From Octopus bimaculoides (taxonomy: Eukaryota): a stretch of DNA of 64,000 nt. The notes under the pieces are model-generated. The model did no database searches and had not been told where the DNA came from. It saw only the letters and a program-made list of their open reading frames with translations. The position numbers and the translations under genes are program-made. Within the stretch, counting starts at the first letter, position 1, and each line of letters opens with the position of its first letter. The stretch spans positions 137,708,486 through 137,772,485 of the forward strand of contig NC_068983.1 in NCBI RefSeq assembly GCF_001194135.2, written 5' to 3'. Positions 53,050 to 64,000 of the stretch are shown here, in pieces.

Positions 53050-54230
53050 TTGAATTGATTCATGCGAGTTTCTGCTGCATTACCAGGTGAGACTTCGTGT
53101 TCCTGAGATCTGCGCATCATTGTCTTTTGAGGAAATATAATTCTGCTTGCATACTATATCGCTTTCGCTCTGTAGTGGGATTCGTTTCGTTGTTTCTGAT
53201 GTTGTTATAGTGTTTCCTGTGTTACGTAGAAAACGTGCAATGTGAGTTGTTTTTGTTGGGTTACTACTTGGGTTCCGTTGTTGCTGTGTGATTAGTGTTA
53301 TTTTAGTGTTGGGCAGTGAATCTGAGTATATGCTGTATGGGTTGTGTTATTGACAACTGTGAAGAATATGAATTACCTGAGTTGTTGGTGTTATAATGTC
53401 GTAGAGATCAATTATACTCGTAAATGTTAAGTTATTGATTGGTGATTACTTAAAGTATATTTTGTGTTACGTTGTTCGGTGGTAATTCCGTAGAGTATGC
53501 GTTGCATTAATTTATAGGGGTGATTGTTGTTTAGAGTATGTGCTATATGCAATTGGCATACTGTTTAAGTTATCCTAGTGAGTTGAAAGTGTCTCTTATA
53601 GGATGTGGTCTGCGCCAAGCAGGATGGTCTTTTGAACTGGATGTAACATTGCGGGCCCTGAGTTTTCTTGTATGCCTTTGTTAATACAGATTTTTATCAT
53701 ACTTAATTTTTTCAGTTATTTTATGTACTATTTCAGATTTCATGCCCCACACCCTGCTTATTTTGAGTTTAAGATCCTTCAACAGTTTCTCCCCACCTCC
53801 CTCCAGGTTAATATTTGGGATTCAAAGAATCGAATCATCAGAGTACGACCATCTTTGTTTCATTTCTTGATAATTATATCCGGACGGTTTGTCCTGATAT
53901 CTTTGTCAGTCTGTACAGATAAATTTTATGTGCCGTATTTCGTACACTTCTTATTTTGTGTTCGAGTCAAATGGTATGTTGTCCGATGGATATAACTGCT
54001 GACTCGGGTATGTCTGTGGATATACACAGCTTGAATTAATGTGATAACTCTTCTCATTGATGTTAGCATTTTCTTCCACTATTTTATTTTTGCATGGTTC
54101 CTGGTTAGGTATTGGTCCCGTGTAGATAAAACAGACGTTCTGTTTCTGTTTTTATCCCAAAACATTTTAACCATTGTTGCTGTTCACTCAGATTTACATT
54201 TTTTCTGTAGTAGTCTTGCGAGGCATTGAT
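53050..54230 (-). mobile_element. Old R4/Dong-type 3' fragment with a long 3' UTR (not in the ORF track)
   Basis: Hand translation: TDKDIRTNRPDIIIK (~53915-53870); KDLKLKISRVWGMK; VQKTILLGADHIL, with a stop at ~53575. Degenerate (GAT/GAC)n tract at 52925-53045. Confidence 0.65.
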
Positions 54231-54484
54231 CATAAAGCTATTTTCTGCCCAGTTGTCAGTAAATTTAGGAACATTTTGATTTTTTCTTTTCCTTTTAAAG
54301 TTTTCTATTAGAACTTATCAAAATCTTTTCCTTCAGTGAATTTAATTTCCAGTTTGTATTTTGTCCTTATTTTATTTGCTTCTTTTAAAATATTTTTCTA
54401 ACCTCACTGTCAGCATTTTGTAGTAGTTTTCCATTTGCATTAGTCACTGTCTTTCTTATGTGCGGGATATATATACGTGTATGT

Positions 54485-54575
<91 letters not shown>

Positions 54576-54578
54576 TAT

Positions 54579-54848
54579 GAGGGCACATGGCTTAGTGGCT
54601 AGAGTATTGTTTTCACACTCTAGCGATCGTGATTTCAATTCCTAGATCGGGTGGTGCGTTGCGTTCTTGAGCAAAACACTTAATCTTACGTTGCTCCGCG
54701 ATCACTTCGACACCTGACGCGTGGGACACTGCACTTGTTCAGACAACATCAATTTGATGGAGAGTGCGCTAAAGTGCAGCATGAACATTTGAACACTATA
54801 AACAAATCATTGAACGCTCATACATCGTCTTTGCCGGGAGAGTCCATC

Positions 54849-54850
<2 letters not shown>
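54579..54850 (+). mobile_element. tRNA-head SINE (same core as 45376, different tail)
   Basis: A-box TGGCTTAGTGG, B-box-like GATTTCAATTCC, and core CTTGAGCAAAACACTTAATCTTACGTTGCTCC. Confidence 0.7.
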
Positions 54851-54906
<56 letters not shown>

Positions 54907-54908
54907 GT

Positions 54909-55277
54909 GTGGAGGCGCAATGGCCCAGTGGTTAGAGCAGTGGACTCGCGGTCATAGGATCGCGGTTTCAATTCCCAGACCGGGCGTTGTGGGTGTTTAT
55001 TGAGCGAAACTACCTAAAGCTCCACGAGGCTCCGGAAGGGGATGGCGGCGACCTCTGCTATACTCTTTCACCACAACGTTCTCTCACTCTTACTTCCTGT
55101 TTCTTTTGTGCCCTGTCACACTGTGTCACGCTGAATATCCCCGAGAACTACGTTAGGGGTACACGTGTCTGTGGAGTGCTCAGCCACTTGCACGTTAATT
55201 TCACGAGCAGGCTGTTCCGTTGATCGGATCAACTGGAACCCTCGACGTCGTAAGCGACGGAGTGCTAACAACAACAA
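54909..55277 (+). mobile_element. Apparently full-length tRNA-derived SINE with (CAA)n tail
   Basis: A-box TGGCCCAGTGG and B-box-like GGTTTCAATTCCC. The 3' half (TGTCACGCTGAAT..GAGTGCTCAGCCACTTGCACGTTAATTTCAC..GGAACCCTCG) is shared with 45376. Flanked by (TATG)n. Confidence 0.85.
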
Positions 55278-56707
55278 TGTATGTATGTATGTANNNNNNN
55301 NNNNNNNNNNNNNNNNNNNNNNNNNNNNNNNNNNNNNNNNNNNNNNNNNNNNNNNNNNNNNNNNNNNNNNNNNNNNNNNNNNNNNNNNNNNNNNNNNNNN
55401 NNNNNNNNNNNNNNNNNNNNNNNNNNNNNNNNNNNNNNNNNNNNNNNNNNNNNNNNNNNNNNNNNNNNNNNNNNNNNNNNNNNNNNNNNNNNNNNNNNNN
55501 NNNNNNNNNNNNNNNNNNNNNNNNNNNNNNNNNNNNNNNNNNNNNNNNNNNNNNNNNNNNNNNNNNNNNNNNNNNNNCTTCAACGTCGAGATGGTATAAT
55601 TTCCTGGGAGAGAGATAATTTTGCGGCTGAGGATAGCTTTACATTGTAGATTATACACATATTATATCATGTTATATTATATTATATTATATTATACACA
55701 TGTAGAGCTTGAAACACGTGTACCGCGGAATCCTTTGTAGTTTTGTTGTTATTTTTTTGTTTTGGATTTACAATTTATATATATATATATATAGATAGGT
55801 ACAGCGTAATCCGTAGGCAGGAGAGGTGCAGTCAAGGGGGTAGGGGGATCATCGTCATCCTTGTTTTTGAGGCACCGCACTTTGCTCTTATTTGACGCAC
55901 TTGTAGCAGCGCGGCTTCCTCCCCTCGACCTGTATTTTTAAAATAGCTTCATCCCCGATTACCAATCGATCGGGGATTTCTTCAAAGTCCGATGCGGGTT
56001 TTTTTTATTGTACTGACATTAAACATGAATTCCCATTAATGTCGATGTGCTCCCCAATATTTTCTTTTGCCATTATCCTCGTCACGTCTTTTGGTATTTG
56101 ATTAAAATTCTTTGTCTTAAGGAACACTATCACCCATACTAGCACCAGTAGTACTGGCAGCAGCAGCAGTAGCAGCACCAGCAACACCAGCACCACCAAG
56201 GCCATTTCATACGCTTTATTAAGGCTACCGTCATAATTTACAATTATATTGTTTGAACGACTAGAGAGTCTTTAGATAATTGCCGTCAAATCTCCCTCAG
56301 ATCGTACGCTTTCCATCGTAAGACACCAAAGATATACAAGATATTGTCCTAGAAACTCTGAATAACAGGCAAGACGGTCATAGTTGAAATGCTTTTCATC
56401 ATAGAAGGCCTGCTCAATCACAGGTAGAGTTTGTGCACAGCACGTCTGTCTACAAGACGACTTCACAAAACATGTTCAAGAGGAATCCAATGGTAACGAC
56501 CAGAGATATTAACATAATATTACTGGTTTAAAGTGATTAGTAGAGAAGATAATACATTTAAGTAAGAGCACTGCACCCTCATATGATAAACCATTATACA
56601 TAGTATAGTCTTCAATTAGACGAAAGCATAGTATAACTGGAACACTGACTGTTAATTGCTCCTAGTCGTTTGACCGACTACTACGTAATGTAGATTTGCT
56701 TGTTCAG

Positions 56708-56758
56708 GGCTGACTGGAATTAGGCATCACCAGTTATAACAGCTACACTAGTTACCAG
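56708..56758 (+). other. 51-nt exon-like segment with strong splice signals, stops in all frames
   Basis: ATTTGCTTTGTTCAG|GGCTGACTG...TACCAG|GTATGT. Phase-0 reading is G*LELGITSYNSYTSYQ with a single TGA. Confidence 0.25.
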
Positions 56759-56786
56759 GTATGTATTGCAACACTAACAACTGTGA

Positions 56787-57005
56787 GCCTTTAGCATTCA
56801 GGTTATTCTGTCACATGTAATGTGTGTTTATTCACCCTGTTTTGAATTAATCATATATTATCTTGTAGCTTTGAGAGTTCGATAAGAGATTGCTTATTTT
56901 TAGAATTACATTGTTGGGTAGATGTGAGAGGTAGGATCTGGTCAGTTTGAACATGAAACAAGTAGAATATTTGGGCCAGACATGGCCGGTTTCAACGTTA
57001 AAGGG
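56787..57005. mobile_element. piggyBac-like MITE (decayed)
   Basis: The right end ..CGTTAAAGGG|TTAA pairs with the left end (G)CCTTTAGCATT. The left TTAA is eroded. Confidence 0.5.
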
Positions 57006-57171
57006 TTAATACTAGATTCTACGTCGGTCTCGACGATGCGCTTGCTTGATCTACAGAATTCCTAGTCGTGAAATTAACATATAAATGGTTGAGTATATCA
57101 GGGCACGTGTACTCTTAGCTTAATTCTCAAGCCCAATAAGCATGGCGCAGTGAGACAAGAACTGTTGACTT

Positions 57172-57226
<55 letters not shown>

Positions 57227-57237
57227 TTTGTAGGGAA

Positions 57238-57363
57238 AGATCGAAAGGATGAATGTAAAGCAAAGCTGATCTCAGAGGGATTTGAAATCAGAGTTACATA
57301 AGTCGGAACGAATACCGCAAGGCATTCTATCTAACGCTATAACGATTTTGCCAATTTCACCAC
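57238..57363 (-). mobile_element. Decayed SINE fragment (12176 family)
   Basis: CGAAAGGATGAA..CAAAG..GATTTGAA-TCAGA.. aligns with 12270-12350. Confidence 0.5.
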
Positions 57364-58384
57364 TTTACAATTTTACTGTAACCAGCAAGAACAAGCAAAA
57401 GGCGAACTATCCTCTATTGATTAAGTAAGAGAAAAAAAAAACGATAAGAAAAGAAAAAGAAAGAAAAGCGAAAGAGAATGTGTCACGAGATTCTAGAAAG
57501 ATCGGTCTGAATAGAGACTGAAAGAAGAAAGTAAAGAAAACACGGCATACTGCAAAGGAATCGATGGTGTTTGTAGAATGAATCGATTAGAGAGGCAAGA
57601 AAAGCACCAATACTACCAACATCGCGAACACCACCACCACAACAACCTCCACCATTATTACGAACAATACTATCAATATAATTACCTCTAACACCCTCAA
57701 CACTACTAGAAATCCTAGCACTATCAACTCAAATAACACTAACACCACCAACAACAAAAACACTTCCAAAACTAACACCAATGCAAACAACAGCAACAAC
57801 ACTATGTGAACGGAGATGATCGAGAAAACGTAAGGTGATAAAGAGAACTTAGAAAAGGAAAGACAAAAAGTGGAAGAAGAATAAAAGATAGCATGAAAAC
57901 GAAGAAGGCTATCTATCAGACAATGAATTTTCTCTGAGCCACTGTCGCTTTTGAATAGTGTAAGATTTCTCACCTGAAGATGGCCGGTTGTAAAATATAA
58001 AGGGTAAAGACACGCAGTTTACAAAAGCAAGGACAGCAATAATTTTATAGCTTTAATTATAGTTGCAGCTTCGAGATAATACTGTTTATCTTTTGAGAAT
58101 ATAAATAGATAGGTTGATAGGTTGGTAGGCTGTAAGCTATGACGGAAGGCAAGTGGGTTGGCAGGCAGATGTACGCAAACATACACTCACACACACAAAC
58201 GCACACATATCCGTAAAAGTATGGAGATAATATATGAGCAAATAGGATATAGGTATAAAAGCACAAAATTAGGGATATAAAAAAGGAGGGAGATATATTG
58301 ATTCTAACGTACATAAATAGATAAAATACTGGAAAATATATTGGTCTGAGAGTTCAACAGAAGAGGAGAGGTTAGTAAAAAAAA

Positions 58385-58848
58385 AAGAAAAAGAAGCCAA
58401 ATCGCTATTTTCAGTTCAGGTTTCGTGCCTATCCTCACCTATGGTCAAGAATGTTGAGTAATGACGCGAAGAGGACGCGAAGAGTACGATCACGAATATA
58501 AGCAAACGAATAGGGATCCTTCGAAGGATCTCTGGGGTAACATTACTTGAAAGACAAGGAGTCTCTCCAGGTCGAGTCGTTACTTCTCTGCATTGAGAGG
58601 TCTCTGCTTTGATATTATGTACACAATTTGAATGTCACAGAAAAGGATCACAAGACGGATTCTTCAATGCGAGCCAACCTCCAGAAGGCGTAGCAGGTAG
58701 ACCAAAAATGAAATTGGTCACGCTTGGTAATCCAGGCGGAAAGTCTAATGACGGTTCCTTCTGCTAGGTACTTAAAGGAAACGGTCCCTGACGACTTTAC
58801 CTTTCACGGTCCCACCCAAGGAGTAGTCAATGGAGAAAATGGATGGAG
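58385..58848 (+). mobile_element. RTE-clade (Expander-like) LINE 3' end (not in the ORF track)
   Basis: IAIFSSGFVPILTYGQEC; GILRRISGVTLLE; LLLCIERS; MSQKRITRRILQCEPT..GRPK. Ends with GAAAATGGATGGA. Confidence 0.75.
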
Positions 58849-59004
58849 TTCAATATAGGTCATACACACATATATTTACATAAATAAAGATTTGAGTGAT
58901 AGAAAGATAGGGAGAGATATATAGAAATATGTATAGAAAGTGTGTGTCTGTTTTTGTGTGTGAGTGTATGTGTGTGCGTACATCTGCCTGCCAACCCATG
59001 TATG

Positions 59005-59048
<44 letters not shown>

Positions 59049-59371
59049 NNNNNNNNNNNNNNNNNNNNNNNNNNNNNNNNNNNNNNNNNNNNNNNNNNNN
59101 NNNNNNNNNNNNNNNNNNNNNNNNNNNNNNNNNNNNNNNNNNNNNNNNNNNNNNNNNNNNNNNNNNNNNNNNNNNNNNNNNNNNNNNNNNNNNNNNNNNN
59201 NNNNNNNNNNNNNNNNNNNNNNNNNNNNNNNNNNNNNNNNNNNNNNNNNNNNNNNNNNNNNNNNNNNNNNNNNNNNNNNNNNNNNNNNNNNNNNNNNNNN
59301 NNNNNNNNNNNNNNNNNNNNNNNNNNNNNNNNNNNNNNNNNNNNNNNNNNNNNNNNNNNNNNNNNNNNNNA

Positions 59372-59670
59372 TGTAAACCTCCTTTATTACTTTTATTATT
59401 TTTTTATATTTTCCTTTACTATCCTTCACCTATCTCCCGTTTTTCTTAGCTCTCCTGTGTGAACTTTCTGTCCGGCAGTCGCCATGATAGATCGCTGACC
59501 ACGACACTTAAAATTTATTTCTCCTTGTTTTTCTCCTTATTTCTTTCTGTTGAAGAGCGTAGCTCGAAACGTTAAAGTCTTTCTCTATTCCTGAGCGTTA
59601 AACTAATACATCCTTTTGTTGTTTACACCACCTGTCCTCGTCTGTTGTTGTTTTTTTCCTAAATTCTCCC
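59372..59670 (+). mobile_element. Penelope-like pseudo-LTR remnant
   Basis: T-rich UTR-like block containing a hammerhead-like core. The 5' side is lost in a gap. Confidence 0.5.
59543..59577 (+). ncRNA. Minimal hammerhead-like motif, CUGUUGA core variant
   Basis: CTTT-CTGTTGA-A-GAGC-GTA-GCTC-GAA-AC-GTT-AAAG. Stem I 4 bp, stem II 4 bp, palindromic ACGT, GUU triplet. A6 is replaced by U. Confidence 0.55.
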
Positions 59671-59677
59671 ATATATA

Positions 59678-60140
59678 TACTGTGTCCCACATTATTAGGC
59701 AAATCAAACTTCTCTTTTCACATGGGATAAAGTGTGATTCGAAGCAACTCTCGACTTACCTTTATCTACCCTCGACTAGACAGAAATAGGAGACTTCACT
59801 GTTCGGTGATCTCTTCCCAGTAATTTTGATATTTCTATGGTTGTTTTTCCTTTTCCAAGCTCTGACTTGATGGTAGATTTCTCATTGGTGGTACGATCAC
59901 ATTTCTGACCCATAATGACACTCAAATATGGCACCTGTGTAATAATTTGGGACACCAGAAATGTTGCGGCTACCCGATAATGGCCGCCGTTTGTTTTCGT
60001 TTGCACAGATCCGATTTATTTTAACAGAATGTGTGCAGATAGGCGTTGCCAACAGTCAGTGGGAAAACAACTGGTTTTGAACGAATATAAATTTATTTAT
60101 TGAGAGATGGTTGATTTGCCTACTAACGTGCGACGCAGTG
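59678..60140 (-). mobile_element. Tc1-like deletion derivative (463 bp) retaining the transposase N-terminus
   Basis: TA-flanked TIRs TACTGTGTCCCACATTATTAGGCAAATCAA and (rc) CACTGCGTCGCACGTTAGTAGGCAAATCAA. HTH start MGQKCDRTTNEKSTIKSELGKGKTTIEISKLLGRDHRTVK from the ATG at 59913. Confidence 0.85.
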
Positions 60141-60153
60141 TATATATTTATAA

Positions 60154-60230
<77 letters not shown>

Positions 60231-60639
60231 GAGTGGCTGTGTGGTAAGTAGCTTGCTTACCAACCACATGGTTCCGGGTTCATTCCCACAGCGTGGCACC
60301 TTGGGCAAGTGTCTTCTACTATAGCCTCGGGCCAACTAAAGCCTTGTGAGTGGATTTGGTAGACGGAAACTGAAAGAAGCCCGTCGTATATATGTATATA
60401 TATATATATTTGTGTGTATGTGTGTGTATATGTTTGTGTGTCTGTGTCCAACATCTCTTGACAACCGATGGTGGTGTGTTTAGGTCTCCACAACTTAGCG
60501 GTTCGGCAAAAGAGACCGATAGAATAAGTACTAGGCATACAAAGAATAAGTCCTGGGGTCGATTTGCTCGACTAAAGGTGGTGCTCCAGCATGGCCGCAA
60601 TCAAATGACTGAAACAAGTAAAAGAGTAAAGAGTAAAGA

Positions 60640-60642
<3 letters not shown>
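60231..60642 (+). mobile_element. tRNA-derived SINE with internal microsatellite and (GAGTAAA) tail
   Basis: TGGCTGTGTGG A-box, GGGTTCATTCCC B-box, CCTTGGGCAAG core. A second copy is inverted at 38400-38670. Confidence 0.9.
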
Positions 60643-60713
<71 letters not shown>

Positions 60714-60715
<2 letters not shown>

Positions 60716-61322
60716 CGTGTTGAGTCAAAAGTTTTGCAATATTTTGGTAACTTATTTGCTTTATTCATCAAGTTACAGCAAAAACAGAGTAGCATTCAAA
60801 ATAGAAGCCGTTGCACCATCTGAAACGACCTTTGTTCCAGTTCTTCACGCTTATACCAGTTCGTGTTCTTCGAGGCGAAGAATTCTTTCACTGAAGTTTC
60901 CACCTCTTGGTTAATGAAGTGTCGCGGGCGCAAAAAGCGAGCCATGAATCTGAACAAGTAATAATCTGAGGTAGCTAGGTCCGGACTATATGCTGGCTGT
61001 GGCATTAGTTCCATTCCCTCAAGTTTCTGGAGTTTATTCCTGGTCGTTTGAGCAATATGAGCTCATCTGTTATCTTGCTGCAGAAGAGCTCGCTTTCTTT
61101 TAACCAGTGCCGGGTATTTTTTGCTGCACAATAGCATACGCCCGCTCCAGTTGTTCAGAGTATAGGCTGGCTTCGATGGTTCGACCGTCCGGAACGAACT
61201 GATAGAAAGCTAGCTTCAGATGGTGAAAAAATGATGGTCTCAACTTGGAATACTAGGCTGCTTTAGTTGTAACTTAAGGAATAAAGTAAACAAGTTGGCA
61301 ATATATTGCAAAACGTAACGTA
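60714..61322 (-). mobile_element. mariner derivative carrying the transposase C-terminal half between long inverted ends
   Basis: YSEQLERAYAIVQQKYPALVKRKRALLQQDN..MELMPQPAYSPDLATSDYYLFRFM (second and third catalytic D). Inverted arms at 60731-60824 / 61215-61314, set within (TA)n. Confidence 0.85.
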
Positions 61323-61345
61323 TATATATACGTGCATATGTATAC

Positions 61346-61398
<53 letters not shown>

Positions 61399-63419
61399 TA
61401 TATGCACACGCGCGCGCGCGCACACACACACACACATTAGATACGATTACACCGGCTCTCATAAAATCATCGAATATATACCGGTTGACGAATTCTCAAA
61501 ATATTATCGCCCTACACTAAATTTTCAAAGTTCAGTAGCCATAGATGATCTTGGAAGTGCTGGATAAGTTTATCACGCATGTATGTCTACATATCCATCC
61601 ATCCATTCATCCCTCCATATATAGAGAATGCAAAACATGTGTAGTGAGCTCACAGTCGACTTTTAATAAATACTTTACTTTTTTTCACTGTATTGAGTTC
61701 ATTTTTCCTACTAAATTGCAATCACACCCGTGTGATACTATAAATACAGATTTAAAGCATACAAAAGTTAAACATTTTGATATTTTTCACTATTTAATGA
61801 GAAAAATTATTTTTCTCGGTTTATTTTTATGACAGCATTTTTATTATGCAAAAATAATGTTGACTCCCACTGAAAATCTAGTTGTTTTTAGTTCCTACTG
61901 ATTAAATTTTTCTTCAAAAACTTAATGTTTTAAAACAATTTTACGGATGCCAGTAATTAAAAATTTGAAATTATTTTTATAAGACCGAATTAATTACGTC
62001 AACAAATTTTTTGAACTGTAATGGCTGTTTTCATGCAAAACACCCTGACTATAAGAAAGAAATATTTTAAGATGATTTTCCCTCTATCTTGTTGAATGTA
62101 ACGCAATTTTATCATTCGTTCCTCTTCATTCCTTTTTTTTTCTATGCTGGTGAGAATATTTTTATCACTCATTATTAGTTCTCATCTAGAAAAATCTTAT
62201 TCTGCTTGATATATAAGAAATCTATTTTTACTTGTTTCTTGCATAACAATTCCAGGAAAATTTAGAAAAGAAATGGTCTCGCACACATCTAATCTCAGAG
62301 AATTTGGGCTGCCTCCTCTCCAAGGAATCAAATTTATCCTTTCTCTTCAATTATCAATGATTGAAAATATTTTGGTAAAACCTATCAAAATAGAATTTTC
62401 TCTGTTTCATCTATTTAAGCCATGTTAATAATTATTTTAATTAGTTTTGTTCATTTATGTAATAACACTCGCCTTGTTGTCTTTAAATATTTTATTTTGT
62501 GACTTTTTAAAAATTTCTGCGCGTTCCGAAGTTTGAGCAGCACGACGTTTGACATTTTTTAACTCGTTTCCTATAATCTTAGCTTTCATGTTGCATATAT
62601 ATTATTCTCATAGTAATTGAGAAACAGGCGTGCAAGGGAAAGCACACACACGTACACACATACATGCGCACACAAATACACACGAACACATGCATATATA
62701 TGTATATATATATAAATATATATACGCATGCACATACTCGTATACACATATACACACACATTTATGTAAATAGTACATCATTCTACATTTAAATATATTT
62801 GTGCTCTAGGATTAATGAGAAAAGTAAAACGAAAATAAAGACAAAAATATTGAAGTGTTATGTTGAAAATATTTGAACATGTGTCAAAAATTTCGCAAAG
62901 TAAGATAACGCAGGAAGTTTCAACCTAAAGTTGAAAATGAAATAAATGAAATAAATGCATATAAAAATGTTATAACTGCAGTTAAAATATTTTCTCTGTG
63001 GTGAAACCTTAGAATAGCGTTCTTCAATTACTTCACTGACACAATATACTTTATCATAACAAGAAGGATCATATATATACACACACACATACATATACAA
63101 ACACTAACACACACATTTGTACGTGCGTGCAAGCATTGAAAACACGACTATGTTCTAAGTTTATCTTTTTTATTAAATTTTTCTCACATCTGCGTATCAG
63201 AACCTTATCGTTCGTTTGGAATAATAAAGTCCCTAAATTCATTTTTACTATCAACGTTTCCAGGTTCTCTTTCAGATATGGAGTTGTTTTAGCTTCTGTG
63301 CTACTCTTTTTAAAATGGACGCCTTATATTTATATATATTTTCTCGTCAGAACTTGAACATTTATGGGTTAGGGGTCTACATCAATGTATTCGCAACTGC
63401 AATGTATGTATGTTGTAAG

Positions 63420-63620
63420 CCAGTCGTAGGTTTGCGTTGCGATATTACTATTGCTTCCCTAATCAGTATTCTATCTATGTGAAGCGTTCTATAAAGTCTG
63501 GAACTATTTTCTGTTTATGTTTTGTTAACTTACTTTGTTTTATGGTAGAAAGTATTACAATTGTTTCTTGTTTTAAATGCATTGTGAATTTATGAAAAAG
63601 TGTTCTGTCTGAATGAACAC
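63420..63620 (-). mobile_element. Decayed Penelope-type GIY-YIG endonuclease C-terminal fragment
   Basis: RILIREAIVISQRKPT (cf. RLxIxEAxxIxxxKP). Shares an exact 18-mer with the + strand copy at 63897-63914. Confidence 0.5.
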
Positions 63621-63772
63621 ACTAACACATATTTTATCAAAGGAGGAAACAAAAAATGCGTCAAACCAAACTACAAGTTGGCTTTAACAATATATTATAA
63701 AATTGCAATATGATTAAAGACCTCCTTATTAACAACACACAGAAGGCATGAAAACTTGAGAACAAAATTAGA

Positions 63773-64000
63773 ATGATCAATATAATTTGTAAATTTGTCT
63801 GTAAAAGTGAAAGTTGCAAACTCTACAATTCCAACTGTTATATTGACCAAACAAATACAACATTCTCTCACTATGAATTTCGATTCACTATCCATATAAA
63901 ACAAGAAACAATTGCAACCCATTACACTACACACCATAAACCAAAACTAGATAGGAAAAAACTTCCATTGGAAAACATTTCCATCAGAAAATACTTCCAT
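63773..64000 (+). pseudogene. Penelope-type GIY-YIG endonuclease fragment, open to the window end
   Basis: MINIICKFVCKSESCKLYNSNCYIDQTNTTFSHYEFRFTIHIKQETIATHYTTHHK. Eroded VIY..C...C..YIGQT motif with downstream His residues. Confidence 0.55.

Noticed and set aside
54909-54985. tRNA gene calls for SINE heads (also 45376, 54579, 60231)
   Set aside because: A/B boxes are present but there is no complete cloverleaf, and each continues into a SINE body.
57587-57973. 128-aa hydrophobic ORF resembling a membrane protein
   Set aside because: It is the antisense reading of a degenerate (AAC/ACC/ACT)n low-complexity tract.
57974-58010. CTGAAGA-TGGCC hammerhead-like start
   Set aside because: No closing stem II or GAAAC follows.
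61620-62070. Tc1-like MITE suggested by ..GCAAAACACCCTG at ~62035-62048
   Set aside because: No convincing matching left TIR.

Overview
AT-rich animal genomic DNA from a draft assembly with 15 N-gaps, almost all next to microsatellites. The SINE families and microsatellite density look like an octopus (coleoid cephalopod) genome; this is from recall, not a search. No intact protein-coding gene is visible, and nearly all listed ORFs are microsatellite, gap or antisense artefacts. The window is an intron-like or intergenic transposon graveyard. It holds at least seven R4/Dong-type RLE non-LTR retrotransposon copies (one near full length at 5.5-8.7 kb), two fragments of a second RLE lineage, an L1/Tx1 3' end, two RTE fragments, Penelope-like remnants, two mariners, a Tc1 deletion derivative, a decayed hAT transposase, two Helitron-type elements, several MITE/foldback hairpins and about ten tRNA-derived SINEs. 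The most notable hand-found signals are four (possibly five) minimal hammerhead-ribozyme motifs in Penelope-like repeats, trinucleotide-repeat targeting or drift around the R4/Dong copies, an internal empty-site control for a MITE insertion, and two unexplained exon-like segments on the + strand (37629-37736 and 56708-56758). Element boundaries were read by eye and may be off by tens of bases where the sequence is decayed.
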